64,000 nt of DNA. Origin: Trichoplax adhaerens (lineage: Eukaryota; Animalia; Placozoa). Where the stretch lies: positions 105,797 to 169,796 of the forward strand of contig NW_002060968.1 of NCBI RefSeq assembly GCF_000150275.1, written 5' to 3'. Below the pieces are notes generated by a model that made no database searches, was not told the origin of the DNA, and saw nothing but the letters and a program-made list of their open reading frames with translations. A program made the translations under genes and the position numbers. The first letter of the stretch is position 1. The number at the start of each line of letters is the position of its first letter. Below are positions 28,603 to 43,707 of this stretch, piece after piece.

Positions 28603-30392
28603 AAGGTCGAAAAATTTTATTTTTATTACGATACTCACTGCAGTTAAATCTCTATAATATTAATAATTAGCCTTTCATATCAATTAACCATAGCTTTTAA
28701 TATCTTTTTATTCTCACTTCTCCCAGAATTATGGTTTGTGATTTATCTAGAATATTGATTATTATAACATTACGGCAATATGAATAAGTTATAAGTCATT
28801 GGTAAAGATAGCGGTAAGCCCAAATTTTTTTAGTTTTTTAATTAATTTTTTAACTAATCTAACGCCCGGATATCTGATGAAGGAAAAGTTTAATGATGTG
28901 GATTTTATTGTAATTTCCTTCATTAATTAATCAGTCTACGAGATCATAACAATAAAGTTAAAATTAAAGCTACGAGAAGTGTATAAAATCTCACGTAATA
29001 AATAAACTATAAATTAGAACGTGAATGTCCAGCAAGGAAACCTGTTTTCTATACGAGCTGCCTTTGCTTTGATGAAGTATCAGTCCTAAGGTCATTTTGG
29101 TGACTTAAGAATGAAAAAAAAATTAATTATGCTTAAGGCCGCTGTACACAAGAAAGTGTTTACTGCATGATAACCTTCGTTAATAATCTGAGATACCAGT
29201 TGGCAAATCACTGCAATACGCCATTCTACAATGAAGATACGTAGACTACAATTCAAGGCGGTATCGGTCGGTAGATATCCTTTTGCAAGGCATTTCTCAT
29301 CTCGTTAGGCAACATGGATAGCTTAATCACCCATCTGTAACTGGTCTTTTCCACTGCTTTATTATACAGTAAGTGATCCAATTTAGAATCATTCCAATTT
29401 TGTTAATTGGCGTTGGGCTATAGGTAGATTGTGTCCATTGAGTATTATTGGATATAGGGGAATAAATTGTCCTTCAAAAGGCAATGTTAGACGGGAAGTA
29501 CTTTATTGAAAACATTTTAAATAATTAATGATTGCATTCTGCTTTATTAGCTAATCGCTAGCCGAAATAGATATTGTTGACTTAGCTCCGTATTTCAATT
29601 CATCCATTCCATGAGAACTATCAAATATTCAAATGGTGAAAGAACAATCTTAATCTGCCACTTAAAGTTTTTCAATAGAATTTTTCGAATAGATAAAAGT
29701 AAAGCATCAATAATCTGTTATTATTACCTTCAATTTGCGATAATATGTTTGTTTAGCCATATATATAAGTAGATTATAAACATCGTCATCATGATGATCA
29801 AAAATGTCTCGAACATTCCTAAATGAATCGCCAATTACCTTAACATCTAGGGTAATAAAATTTTCTAGTATATAGTTGAAATAAAAGTCATTAAGGCAGT
29901 CAGAAATCAACGGGATAATTTGTCCTCGAACTCTTCTTTATTATTAGTCAAAACTGTTTAGATCGCTATTTCTTTGTAACGTTTACATTTCGAATCTGAT
30001 TTAAATTTGATAATAGCCCTTTAGCTAATGTGAATGCTAACTCAATTTGGCTTTGCTTGGTGGCTTATAAAATTTTTAGCGCAGATCTTTAAGTTGCAAT
30101 TTTAAAAGCAATATAAAAGTGATTATCAGTAAAAGAATGCGGACTTCAAAATTTAGAAATAGATTTCAAACGATATTGGTCTTTTTTGTTAAAATGGAGA
30201 TTGCATTTTCTTTTTTTGGCGCTTTTATAAATTAATAACACAACAGAAGTAATGTGAATTGCAGAAAATTGGCTAAAAATTTAATCTCAAGCTAACATAT
30301 CAAATATTAGACGATAAAACAGGACTGAAACTTAAGTATTCAGTCATTGCATAAGAAATTGAAGCGGAAAGTTAATAAAATGCATTTGGCTT

Positions 30393-30669
30393 TGCGATGG
30401 AGGGTTCGAAGAGTCGGATAATATGGTTTTAGTAGCCATGCAGAGAATTGCACAAGGAGCCTAAGAAAAGAGGATACTTTATTGTAGATAGTAGTTAGGT
30501 ACAGTGTGATAATTACGGTAGGTCAGCGTGGTAGCTGCTGTGAGTAAAATGTGAATACTAACTGTAACTAATAATGCAACTTAAGAAATCTAAGGTAGAA
30601 AACGGCAGTATTTATAGCTATGGCATTAGAACACATGCAGAGAACATGATTGTAGGATTAGATACAACA
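30393..30669 (+). mobile_element. Interspersed repeat R1 (~275 bp, TG...CA ends), second copy at 56411-56686
   Basis: Near-identical direct copy of 56411-56686 (GATGGAGGGTTCGAAGAG...GGATTAGATACAACA) with unrelated flanks. Confidence 0.7.
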
Positions 30670-31169
30670 TATACCATAACAGGTTATTGAATAACAGATG
30701 ATTGTAGAAAATAGCGAGGACTGTAATAACTAAATGTAGTAAGCCAAATTTGAATGTAGAGCGAACAGACTGTAGATATGTCTAAATATAAGATCAATAC
30801 AACATGTCTATAGAGTAGAATATAATTACAGTATATTCTAAATACACTACATTAGTACTCTTAGTTATGCGTTCATAGTTGTTCACTTTGAGTTATTCTT
30901 TGGAGGTAGCTAATCTTGAATCATTAGGCAGTTGTTTAGGATCTATATGTACTAGGTTATCCTTAAGTCTTCATTACATCTAGTGTCTTGAGGCCGCCAA
31001 TAAAGTATTTGCTAACCTAGGGGTGCTAAGTCTGTCCGTGAGTTAGTGAAGCAATTAATCAGGCTAACCCAATAGTCGGTGTACTTTGTGAACTATATAG
31101 TTCTATCTTGGTCAATATATTCCGAACGATAACAGGTATGTGTTGGACTAAGTGCTAGAAAAGTAAGAA

Positions 31170-32370
31170 ATGTTTTCACTCATTCTTTATATGAAATTTA
31201 ATTCGTCTTATTTCAAAAAGTCTCCACATATTCCTATATAATGTCTCTACAAGTCTGCAATTTAATAAGACTTTACTAGCCTATACAATGCAAGTATAAT
31301 AAACTTACGAGCCATTTTTTTCTAATCCGATTATATGAGATATTCATTTATTGATATCCATTTTCACTCATTCTTTAAAAGATTTTTAGTCGTCTTATTT
31401 CAAAAAATCTCCACATGTTTATATAAAATGCCTCTATAAGTCTGCAATTTAATGAGACTTTACTAACCTACAGTATACCATGCAATGATAACAAATCTAC
31501 GAGCCATTCTTTTCTAATTCGATTATCGTAGCTTTCTTACTGATTTATAACTGAAAAGCGTTATAAGTGGTAGCCATAGCTAGAGAAGCAGTCAAAAATA
31601 ATTATTAGTCAAACTATTTCTTTTCTAAAGCGATTACCAAAGCTTTCCTACTAAACTAATACTGATAAGAAGTATCAAGAGGAGAAATTGCTAGAGAGGC
31701 AATCGTAGTCACATTTCACTCATTGTTTCGAAGATTTTAGGCCATTTTATTTCCGAAAAGTTACCGCATGCTTCTATATAAACTATATGCTTAGTACAAG
31801 TCTGCAATTAAATATATGTTTCGTAATGCAGTTCCATGTAATTGTCATCTATACTGCACCTACGGATCATTACTTTTCTAAAGTAATTGCCGTAGCTTCT
31901 TTAATAAATTAATACTAGCAAAAGGTATTAGTAGGAACAATTGCTTGGGAAGCAACCAAGAATAAGTTTTACTGCAGCTATCCCTTTTTAAAATGCTTAC
32001 CGTAGCTTTCTTACTAAATTAATACTAGCGAAAGGTATCAACGGGAGCAATTGCTAGAGAAGCAATCAAGAATAATTTTCATTCGAACTATTCCTTTTCT
32101 AAAGCGATTACCACAGCTTTCTTGCTAAATTAATACTGATAAAAAGTATCGGTAGGAATGATTGCTAGAGAAGCAATCAAGAATAATATTACTTTTCTAA
32201 CGCGATTAACGTAGCTTTCTCTCCAAATTATTGCTATCAAGAGGTATCGGCGGGAGTAATCGCTAAAGAAGCAATCAAGAATAATTTTCACTCATTCTTT
32301 AAAATACTTTTACCCGCCTAATTTCAAAAAAATTTCATATGTTTATATAAAACACCTCTGCAAATGTACA
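31170..32370. repeat. Compound tandem repeat (~190-bp and ~110-bp units)
   Basis: TTTCACTCATT recurs near 31175, 31362, 31714 and 32286. GCTAGAGAAGCAATCAAGAATA-like motif recurs about every 110 bp between ~31580 and ~32285. Confidence 0.8.
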
Positions 32371-32717
32371 ATTCTATAAAATCTCGATTTCAGGAATTTT
32401 GCAAGGGAAGAGATTTTTTAATTGGTGTAGCTTGTGCTTTTTATTCTATCAAATATACCATTTAAAGATTTCTTATCATAACACGAAACATGGACTACGC
32501 GTCTATTTGAAATCTGAAAGCACCAGTAAAATTAGGAATTAGTATCTTATGTGCTACGTCATGTTCTTCTTCTCTAGCTTATCTTCTGGACTATATCTAA
32601 AAGTAACAATTAGCTGCATTATAAATTGTTGTTTAGGCAGCAAAAGGATCGATCTTAGCCAATCCGGTATAATTTATCCTTACCTACGTAACTGTATCTC
32701 TTTAATGAATCAACTTG

Positions 32718-34836
32718 TTACTTTACAGCTGGTAAGATCGAAAAGATGCTGTCTCGTGGAATGTAGTTTCTAGGTCTTTTGAACAAAGCTGCAGTCCCAT
32801 GAGCAAAGAAGAAAATGGTATCATTAGGGTAATAAGCGCGATCAACGACTTGAAATGCCATTTGCTGTTCTCCCATATAGGGCTCAAGCATGAGCATGGA
32901 AAATTTCCAAATGACATCATGGTCTGTCAGTGACTTTATCGCATCCTCCATTCGTGTGCTTATGTCTCTGGTATCGTCTTCTTCAATGATTGGAACACTC
33001 TAAATAGACGAAAGAGAATTGAGCTGATATTAGCAGCAAGCTATTTTTAATCCTAAAGACTCTAAAAATACTCAATACGTCAATTTTTGGCATGATAAAA
33101 TTTAATATGACATTGTGAATTAGTCCGATTAAGAATAGGGTATCGAAAGATTTTAAAGTATAAATAATGTAGCTAAAATTATTATTTTAGTATGGTAATG
33201 ACTTGGATTTCATAAAGTATGGGCATTACAACTTTACGTAGCTTGCAAACAGCTGGAAATCATTATTATTTAAGTAATCCAATAGAATGAAGGTATAAAG
33301 TTATGAAACTTCGAAATAATCTAGCTAATGGTCCAAAAAATTATATTTCCGCAATGAACTTTGCGATTTTAAGCAAGTTTACATGTATAAAAATCTTCAT
33401 TCTCACGTAAGTAATGTGTCATCTAGGAAATGATTAGAAATTTATTGGATTCCAATAAAACTCTATCAGCTATTTTTGAATCTTACTAGGAATATAACTT
33501 CATAATTTTTGCTTTTGTGGTGTCGAATTAAGCACAGTGCAGCCTCTGGCCTATTCTTAGTTAGAGAGAGGAAAGCGACTTTTTCTTTATCCATGGGTCG
33601 CATTTGGAAATGAACTAGAAAGGAAAATTTTGTTCATTCGCAATATATGAAAATAAGAGATTTATCTACGATTATACAAAACATAGGCCTGTCACAATTA
33701 CATCTAATGCTTGGAAATTCCAGTAGTATGACTACTTTCATGATACAATTTTACGATTGAATATTAATGTCAAGATAAATAGGAATTATTTAATTTTCTT
33801 TAATATTGATTAAGCTTATAGAGTGCAGTTACCAGAAAAAAGCATTTTAATCATACCAATAATCGCGATAAAAATTGTATTATCGAATCTAGTGCCCATA
33901 AAGATAGGAATGAGCTACAATGTGACAGTTATAGAATGTTATCATTACACTTGACGATATAATAGGCAGTAGTTTGGTAATAATCATGGTAAAAACTGCA
34001 AGATTAAGTGGCAGGGGCTTTAAAAATTACTCGGGTAGTAATTATTTACAACTTTCCAATTTTAGCTTGCAACTATTCTGCTTGACGATAGGTTAGCATG
34101 TAGCAGAATTAATGGTTGAGGTAAAAATGAATAGAAAACCGCTGCTTAAATTTTTCTAATTACACCAACGGCAATCACTAATGGTAAGGTTGAAATATTG
34201 ATGTAATATTAATTCCACTTAGTATTAAATAAAAAATTACTATTTAGAGATAACTAGTTCAAAAAGATTATAGCGTTCTTGAAAGATGTCATACCCTTTA
34301 ATAGCAACTATCAAAGTCTCAATCATCACGTAAAGATGATGAATGAGTAGCAACATCTAAATAGAGCTAAATCATACCAGCTTCAGGATCCACTTTCTCT
34401 AAAATACTAGAAAATGTGACTTCAAAACCAGCATTGGATCCATAATTCGACATTTGTCTGGTACGATTCACGTATTGATCGTTCCATAGCAGCATAACTG
34501 TTCGGCTAGCAGCTGCTTCAGAAGCTTTCGAACTTTTATCTCCTATAAGTCAAGATTAAATTAATCAATTTTGACAGCTATAACATAGAATTGAAGGTAT
34601 TTATAGTGCAATTTTATTGCAGTCATGGAGACGATTGATGGTTCTCTTGCAAATTTTTCATATAATTTAAACTGTCCATCGAACAAATCATGTATAATTG
34701 CACGATATCGAAATGAACGTTTGAATCTGAGCTTTATCTTATTAACTCTATGCAAATATAGCGGTCTTAGGCTCAGTTTTGAAAATAAAATTTTGCAGCA
34801 TATATATGGAGTAAAATCCATTAACTTACCTGACAT
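32718..34836 (-). CDS. FGF/IL-1-like family copy 4 (recent paralogue of copy 3), 193 aa: exons 34836-34830, 34542-34378, 33614-33487, 32999-32718
   Basis: MS|GDKSSKASEAAASRTVMLLWNDQYVNRTRQMSNYGSNAGFEVTFSSILEKVDPEA|VHFQMRPMDKEKVAFLSLTKNRPEAALCLIRHHKSKNYEVIFL|SVPIIEEDD...VIWKFSMLML...YIPRDSIFSILPAVK*. Exons 7/165/128/282 nt, open frame. Confidence 0.88.
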
Positions 34837-37507
34837 GTTGGACTGTAATAAAGGATTGCTCAAGCACAGACTTGAAATGTTAAAGGGTTAAAGTATTCTT
34901 CAGCTTGTAGGAGAATTTAAAATTTTAACCTAAAAGAAAAGATAGAATTGTTCCTCATATTCTTAAACTAAGTAAGCAAAGTCTTTAGCTTTAGATTAGG
35001 TGCAGCTAGACAAATTTTGCAGATTGTATAAAAATCAAACCCACTTGATAAAAGAAGCAGCTTAAATATCTATTTATCTTACCACAATATGGCAACAGGC
35101 TGTAATTCAAAGTTTACTATGGTAAACGTGAAATGAAATCTAGATTTTTCTTGACCAAGTAGAACGCTTTTGCTTGCTTGTCTGCAAGTAATGGCAAAAT
35201 TTTTTGCGTCTTTACTATTTATATAGATCTAAATACTGAAGCTATTGCTTCAGTTGCGATTACTTATTGCCGCTAATCTATCTATGATATTCATCATGGC
35301 TTTTGTATTTCCTATCAATTAGTCATCGTACGAACATCTCTGCATTTTCACTTCTCTTGGAAAGAGTATTTATCCTTCATAAGTAAAGGTCAATATTACT
35401 CGACATTATAATATTCAAAAGCTGCAGTAATTTGATCTTGAATCATTGCCGAAGAAAGCGGTAATTTAAACGGTTTTAGTTTATTCCATGATTTTTAACA
35501 GGTCAAGCGGTAGAATATCTAATTATAGTCAATTTCCACAACTTGACATTATTATAATTATCTTCACTAATCTACATTTAATATATCGATCTTCGAGATT
35601 CCAATTATTTAAATTTAAAATTTATGTAATGGAAACTCAGTAAAATCTCATGTAGTAAATGAATGGTGCATAAAGTGTCGATATTACACAATCGAAACCT
35701 TCACCGCTGTATTAGTTTTAATCCACTGATATAATCAAGCTCAACAGATCTTTGGATAATATAAAAATCAATAAAGTTATCTACTTATTCTTCTAGATGC
35801 TGTTGTCAACATCGACTATTACTCAATAGAATTCGTCGGTATTCCAATCACTAATGGATAGATAGGGTCCTACTAGATATATTTTCATGGCGATAGAGAA
35901 CATAAACAATTTAACTACTGGCATCAATTAAGCGCTACATGTTACCCCATTTTACTAAATGTTATCAAAGTCAAATTATTCCAAGTTTACTAATAATACA
36001 GGATAACGTATCTATTATGTCCAGTTAGTATTATTATTCGATATTGGAGAAAAAGTTACGCTTACAAAATAGAGTAGGAAGCTAGATGGGAATTGCTTTA
36101 ATTCTAATATTTTATGAAACTGATGATATGTCACCATGACTATAAGTAGTTGAGCACCTAGAGAAATAGACATTGTCTAACTTAATAATTCAATTCATAC
36201 GTTCATTAAGAATTATTTAATATCAAAATCATGAAATAACAATGTTATCTAATGAGAGAAATGTTTAAATGGATTTATAACAAAACAGTTTAACGGTCTA
36301 TTGTAAATGTCTTCAATGTCTGACAATGCCGTTTATTTCAATGCCAAAGATTATAAATTAAAAACCTAATTATGATGCCTGAAACGTCCAGAATATTCCA
36401 AGGTAATAGGTCCACTAATTGCCTGGACAATCATAATAACAGAATTTCCAGCGTAAAGTTGAAGACATCCAGCCTTAACTATAGCTTAAATTTAGATACA
36501 TAACTCATATTTAATGACATATGATAAATTTTCAATGAAAGCTATACAACTAGTAATAACGGAGCAACTTGGAGTAGAAGGTAGCAAAAACATATGTAGT
36601 CAAGAAATGGCTATCTTAAATAACATGTAGGGTATAACGCCGAATGTTGATGGATAGAATTATCACAATACAATTCTTAATTATCTAATGGTGGATTAAA
36701 GCCGAATGCACTAATCCACGCCCAAGCTCTTTCTTAAAAATACGTTCAACGCCCAATGCTTACGGAAGATAAGAGCTAGCAAACTATAGATAGACTTTTA
36801 TTTGTATATATTGTTAAATATAAATGGTAAAAATATCTTTAGCCAGCTTACATGTATCAATTACTTTCTAATGGTGTAGTAAGGGGCGATTTTTGACACC
36901 AATATACCGTATGTTATTTTCTACTTGAATCTGTGAGGCATAAATAATAACTGTTATCTTATTCAACTAGTTTTATAGTCCGTAGCTTGATCACAGCCAT
37001 AAAGGTATATACAGTATAGCTCTTAAAATAGGATCTCTTTTAATGGCATTGATAGCTATCTGAGTTAGTTAGTCTTGTTTATGCTACATTTCATATTCAT
37101 AATTTTGTAAATGTATGAGCAATTTAATAGACGTTAACTTATGATTGAGAATCTACACCTACAAGATGTGAGATACGGTAAATCGATCAGAATCAGTCTC
37201 TGCTGTCTCAAAGTTGCAGAAGTTTCTGAGCTTTTATCGTTAGTATACAAGGCACATGAATAGAATAATGTTCTGGTAGTTTAGTTAACAAATATTTCAC
37301 ATAAAAAAACTTCGTAGCTTGTTATTGTTCATTTTATTTACTATGATAATTGTTACCATAAAGTATATTGCTGTATTGTTTTATTAGCTCTATTTCATGC
37401 CAAGATCCCTGTAGTTTTAAGTCAGATCAAGATTTCAATACATTCATATGAACTTTATTCTGAATCGATTTTCCTTTCTATCCTTTACTTATTAGGCAAG
37501 GGTGTTT

Positions 37508-40500
37508 TTATGTAGGAGCGTAGACACCACAAAACTCAGTCGATATTCGGAATATTATTGTCAATAGTATCAACAAAGGTTACGGTTTTATCGAGATTGA
37601 AAACGGCAATTTGCAGTTTTGTTTTGTTAGCAGTGCCCTTAATAGGTACATATTGATAAAGAATATCCAACCGTTGCCAACGGGTTTGTGTGAAAAAGCC
37701 TGATATCTACCTTGTAAATGATATCTATATGATAATAATTGTTCAACTTTTCGGCTTCCAATTGAAAAGTATCGATAGATGAATAAAGAGAATTCAGTTT
37801 CTAAATAAAGGCATTAAATTTTAGTGAGCTTCAAACTAATGGCGTTATTATTCTAAAGAAAAAGATCTATGTTAATATAAATGGGGAAATATCACTAGAT
37901 AGGCATTAAAATATTCTTACTAGTGCTTAACATTATGGAGAACAGGCACAACGATTTGAATACAAGTACGTAACAACTTATGGCTTTCTATACTAGCTGT
38001 TAAATAGTGCTATGCATTGCAATGGCGCTCTTTCCACGTGCTATTTAATTAATCACGATTATTGGAGTATGGATGGCGGCAAATTAGAAACGAAAGTAAT
38101 TTATAATTTCATGAAGAAAAGTGTTCACTTTCCATTTAAATGTAAAATATTTACAGACTTTAAGTCTAGCATATTAGGCTCCAAAATATCATCCACTGCT
38201 AGCAAGCAAATCCATATAGAAAAGGCTTAAATTCGTATAAAATTGCATACTATCATGCAATTTAAGAGTTTTGGTAACTTCTAACAACACTTGCAACATC
38301 TTTACTAATAAATTTGTATATAAATTCAAAATGAACACTGCCAATGACATCAGAATGATTAAAATCATATTAAATTTTACGATCATGGAATAAATACTAA
38401 TAGCTTATACATTAAAGATTAGGAAATAGTTATAATATGCTCTAATTCCGTTTAGTTCTACATTCCTTAGAATTCTACCTTTGAATTACATCGCTACTGG
38501 TATAATATCTAGACAAGAAGTAGAATGTTATTTCTGAGGTAAATTTATTACTTACCAATATTAAGAACTTGTAGGTATCAGTACATTTTAGTCTATTTAG
38601 ACACAGTAGATACGACTTTTCAGATGAGGTCATGAAAAGTCCAAATGTACTATCGGTTAAAATTAAGCAAAAATGGGCTAAAAAAAAGAAAAAACATCGA
38701 AAGAGAGGGTATTAGTCCTAACTGAAAATTGTTTCGCTGCCAACAAATACCGATTCTGTTCTATAGATTTCTATGCAATTTGTACTTTATTGCAGTGTAG
38801 GCAGGACAATCGGATGGTATTATCTTATACGAGTATATAGCATATATTAATAATGGCATAGGCTAGACTGGACTCTTGGTTACTACTGTTCGATTTAGAC
38901 TATGCGGCAAATTTATCAGAACATTAGATGTCTTAATAAGATCGAAGTTACATGACTAAATATGTCACAATTATTACTTCTTTCACTAGGCTCTTTTTGG
39001 AGAGAAATATTTGATAGGCGGAGATGGTTACATAATTATACTCGCTGGTGTCAAGTCATACTCTTCATCAACTCAAAGCATTATGGAGTATAAGCTTTAA
39101 TAGAGTTTAGGAATTGCATCTCCTCTTGCCGCCTGTTTTAAGCTAAAAATAGCCCTGACTTCCACAACGATTAAGAGAGTAATTTCTATCTTAAGCTACT
39201 GTTATTTAAAAATGCCAGTCAATTGGTATTCCAAGGCAGACTTTTGAGACAAAGTCTTACTCAAAGGTCAGATAGAACTTTGAATAAAACAAAATTTTTA
39301 TGTTAGCGTGGAAAAATTTATCGATCACATGTCAATACAATACTTTCCACCACAGTTGATTGACACACTACCAACATGGTAGACGTTAAGATTGTCAAAT
39401 ATATTGATAAATTTCCTTATTATGATAAAACATAAGAATGATAGATATATTTGATTACTGATTGTGATCAAGCAAACATTAGTCATGCAGAGTACAATAT
39501 GATTGGGATTTGAAATAATCTTATTTTATAAATAGCAAGATCTAAAGCAGCGGTAAGAAATTCCCACAACCTCTTGATAATTGGACAATACTCATGCTTC
39601 ATAAGTTTAAGCTCAAAAGAGTTCCACGATTATTCGATACTAGGATGGTCAATAATATAAAATATGATGGACTTTAATTTTCGTATTCTTTACCTTATGT
39701 ACCATTCAAACTAGGTAATATGTGCCTGCAAGACAGTGTAATATTGTATTCTAAGTTGATGATATATTTAGTAATGTCAACCGTAGATGTTGCGTTCAGC
39801 ATGTGATAGATATTGTCGTTAGAGGCTTAAGTATTAAATACAGCTATCTTAGTAACTGTAATCCTTTTCAAGAGGAGCACTACGAAGCTCACACTAGAGC
39901 TTCACATGAAAGGTGTAAACTATCCTGTATTTGAGATGCTAATACTGAAGTGTGTAGTAAGTAAGGTGCTAAGACTTTAAATACGGAAAAGTATATAAGC
40001 GAGTAGTTTAGTATAGTAAGATAGTTCTTTCTCGTTAGAGGTCCTCCGCTAATCGATTACGTTGTATCTTCGTAAACGAGGTTTTGTTCGATAAATCTTA
40101 ATTTTCGAAAGTTTTGAAGATTCTTGATCTATCAACCTCACAGTGCCTGTTCTAAGCTTATACGAAGCAATCTAATACTTCTATTGGATGCCAGTAATAC
40201 ATATGCAATCAATACTATAAGATGCTTTGATTCGCAGACCCTTTACATTATATTATATAGTACAAAAATTGTGGTAGCAATCATCTATTCCTATACTTAA
40301 CAGAAAAAATGAATACAATCTTGTTATGCTTTGAGCACACTTAGTGATGAATAACTATAAGACCCTTTAATAAGTGAACATAGTGTTCTTAACAATGAAC
40401 AATCCTAAATTAAAATTACTTTAGCTTGATCTAGTTGTAGAATTCATTAATAGAATTATTTAGTAGCTGAACTGGGTAACAATACTGATAATTATCTTCC

Positions 40501-41028
40501 TCATCGGCTGAAATTAGGTTATAAAGTTTAAACTAGGAAGGAAATGTGGTGGAAAACTGAAACAGTAAATCATGAAATCTATTTCCTCTTAATAGATCCT
40601 GGATCAACATTACATTATTTAACGTACTACATTAACTAAATAATGATTTAACTTGATTATTAGGTTTAATTGAAGGAGGCATATATCTTATGGAATCACT
40701 ACAATTTAGTCATACTGTCGAAGGATAGAGAAAATAGCCTCAAACTACGTAGGAAGAAAGCTAGTTTCTAATACTAAATACAATTACCCTTTTCGATTAT
40801 GTTATCATAGTGATAAATATAGGCGTTTGAAAAGATAAATTTCACTTGTAGAGCATATCTTACTATCATCAAAATTTTCTTTCTTCCTGATTTTACGAAT
40901 ACCGTCATCAAATTTTACTTCACAAAGTTAGTTCGGTAACTTGTCGTATTTAAGACGGTCATTGAAAGACGCATTGAAGATCTCCTCACCTCGACAGAAA
41001 TAGTAATAGCCAAATTGTATAGCAACAT
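37508..41028 (-). pseudogene. FGF/IL-1-like family copy 5, disrupted: exons 41028-40864, 38677-38556, 37800-37508; first exon not identified
   Basis: 165-nt exon VAIQFGYYYFCRGEEIF...PN*LCEVKFDDGIRKI (TAA at 40930-40928) aligns to copy 6. 122-nt exon HFCLILTDSTFGLFMTSSEKSYLLCLNRLKCTDTYKFLIL carries the LCL motif. The last exon (DIIYKVDIRLF ... KTKLQIAVFNLDKTVTFVD..NIP) is frameshifted. Confidence 0.8.
39728..40144 (-). mobile_element. Interspersed repeat R2 (~415 bp) inside an intron of copy 5; second copy in opposite orientation at 55871-56287
   Basis: Reverse complement is near-identical to 55871-56287 (CTGTGAGGTTGATAGATCAAG...TATTACACTGTCTT). Confidence 0.75.
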
Positions 41029-43707
41029 CTGTAAGGAGTTTCTAAACTGCAGTATAATAGAATTGCGAAGTACTAAATATTAAATTCGTTTTAAAACAGT
41101 AAAATTATCTCCAATATATGCTGCATAGTTTATTATACCAACATGCCAAATTATTATTTCCATAGAGAATAAAAGAATTGAAAATAGTCTTATATGATAA
41201 AAATTGAACTCATTCTAAAGCTTGTACAGTATCTGGTAGATGAGACTTTATTTCATTGATTCCTACAATTATGTCAACGTATTAAATACAAAATTTGCTA
41301 AATGGAATACAGCATACTCAAGTACCGCATCATTGATTTTACTTGAACAAGGTCAATTCTTTTTTCTAGTTTCAATTCAATATACGAGTGGGATAATGAA
41401 ATTATTTTTAATAATTATAAGCATTGTAGACTTTATTAGGATACACAGAATTTGAAATCATTTCATGCGAAGCAAATAATTTATACGGCTTCTAATTAAG
41501 ATGAATAAAATTCCGTAATTTACCAGATTTAACATATTCCCTATATTCGTCAATTATTTTTACGCTTCAAGTTCTAACTTGAAATCAATGGACGCAAGCA
41601 ACGTATTAACTACAATTTCTCTCCATCACAAGTGCCGGCGATAGCATAGCAATTATTACTAAACTTTGAATCTATAATTCATGTAATTTTTAAAGATCTC
41701 TTGCTTGTGTGGAGGATATCAGAAGATAATAGTATTTAACTTGATATCAGCAACATTTATGTTCATACAGTACTATTATTAATGACTATACAGTACCATA
41801 CTTGTCTAAAGAAGAGCAAATAACTCTCCAACAATGTAATGATATCTTAGGCCATTTAAAATCATTTTAATTTCCATTCTATTACTTTGGTATACCGCTT
41901 CTTAAAGTTAATTAGTAAATTGCAGGTAAAAGAATAAAAACCAAGATTATTTATAGTTATGGTTATAGTATGCTTAAATTTAATCATCATAACTTACAAT
42001 ACAATTTTTAAGAGGAAAAATGAATAAAAACCATACAACTATACAAAACATACATTATAGTAAGTAATTAGTTTAATAGCGTTACCAAGAATCAATTATT
42101 GAATCAGACATTTGTGGACTTACAAGAGATTGTCAGTAGTGAACAACTGTATAGAAATATTTGATGAATCAGTAGTAGCAAACTTAGCTGCCATTTAGAG
42201 AATTACACTAAGATTTGGTAGAATATAGATCTTTTATTATAGGCTATAGTGCGGATACGATCTTGTCGTTACTGTAGAGTTTGTAAGCTGTCTGGAAGTG
42301 ACTTGAGATAATTCTAGCACTTTCTCTCGATCACAAATGGTACCGAAAATATAACGATCATTACTAACGTTTTAATTTGTTATTCATGTTATTTTTCAAA
42401 GATCTGTTTCGTATTTTAGAGAGTAACAGAAGACAATGATATCTAATTTGATATATAGATAGTGTTTACATTTCTTTTGTTGTCAATAAAGATAGTATGA
42501 TATTTCTAAAAATTAACCTTTAACCTAAATTATAATGGTGGTACGTCAGATGAAGACAATCATAACGACTGTCAGAAGTATACACTACGCTATTTTATGC
42601 TCTACTTTTTAAAGAAAAGCATATGAATATCCATTATCGTGATAATATTTTAGGCCATTTAAAGACCACAGTAATCGCCAATAAATTGCCTTACCCTCTC
42701 ATATAATATTAATCAGTGAATACTTAGTATAAAAGCTACAAATTAGGGCTACTTACGCAACTTTATAGTTAAAGTATGTTTAGTTTTAATCATCAAGGTT
42801 TACAATCATTTTTCAGAGGAAAAGTGAATAAAACCCGTACAACTATAAGTAACTAATAATAGCTAGCTATTAATAAGCATACGTGTATTAGCCGAGATCG
42901 GATTTTAGCCGTGTCATATGCAGTATACGTGTATGCTACACAAAAAATTACATGAAACTGTGGGTTTTAATATTTTACATAGTAACATATTTCGTAGTCA
43001 CTATAATTCAACATACTACCAATCCAAAAAATATATCCTTTAAAGAGTGTTTGTTACGTTTGTATAACTTCTACATTACGATAATTATAAGATATCACTG
43101 GTATGAGTACTTGTTGTTCTAGGACATGTTGTACGCATTGATGCTATATTGCATAAACATAAGGAGAGTATGTGTATAGAATAGGATTAGCGTATAAATA
43201 AGTTGCAGAGTTAAGAATATAGTTCGTTACGAATTATGGGTAACGAGTACTCTTTGATATCTACGCCTTGAACCAGCATATGCGAAAAGACTGGTAGAAC
43301 TTTTACCAAGTCGCAACAGTGTCTATAAATATTAGGGTTAAATTATGCTAAATAAGAAAAGAGAATTTTAAGTTTGCAATTTTAGTAAATACTTGAAGCA
43401 TTGCTGATACTACTCTGTTATCATTGCCCTAGACACAATTACTTTATATACTTTTTTAGGAATTATCAAAGTACTTTATTTTAATATCGAATATAGATAG
43501 CCATCATTGACGGCATTTAAGTATACGTAGACATACACCACCAGTATTATTGTTCATGAAGTTTCTTACTGAGTATTTCGATTATTTCATTATGAAATGC
43601 TAAAACTCTATCATATCAATTTATGTTTATCAGCTATAGCAAAGAGCTGAGAAGGGTTGATAATCATTTCCTAATCGTTCCTCGATGAATTATATGATCG
43701 ATCGTTA

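Noticed and set aside
12225-32370. Tandem arrays as CRISPR-like repeats
   Set aside because: Eukaryotic context; whole units are degenerate repeats with no constant-repeat/unique-spacer structure.
39040-39190. GSQGYF-like segment resembling copy 2 exon
   Set aside because: Stops in the frames examined and poor splice sites; the true exon of copy 5 is at 41028-40864.
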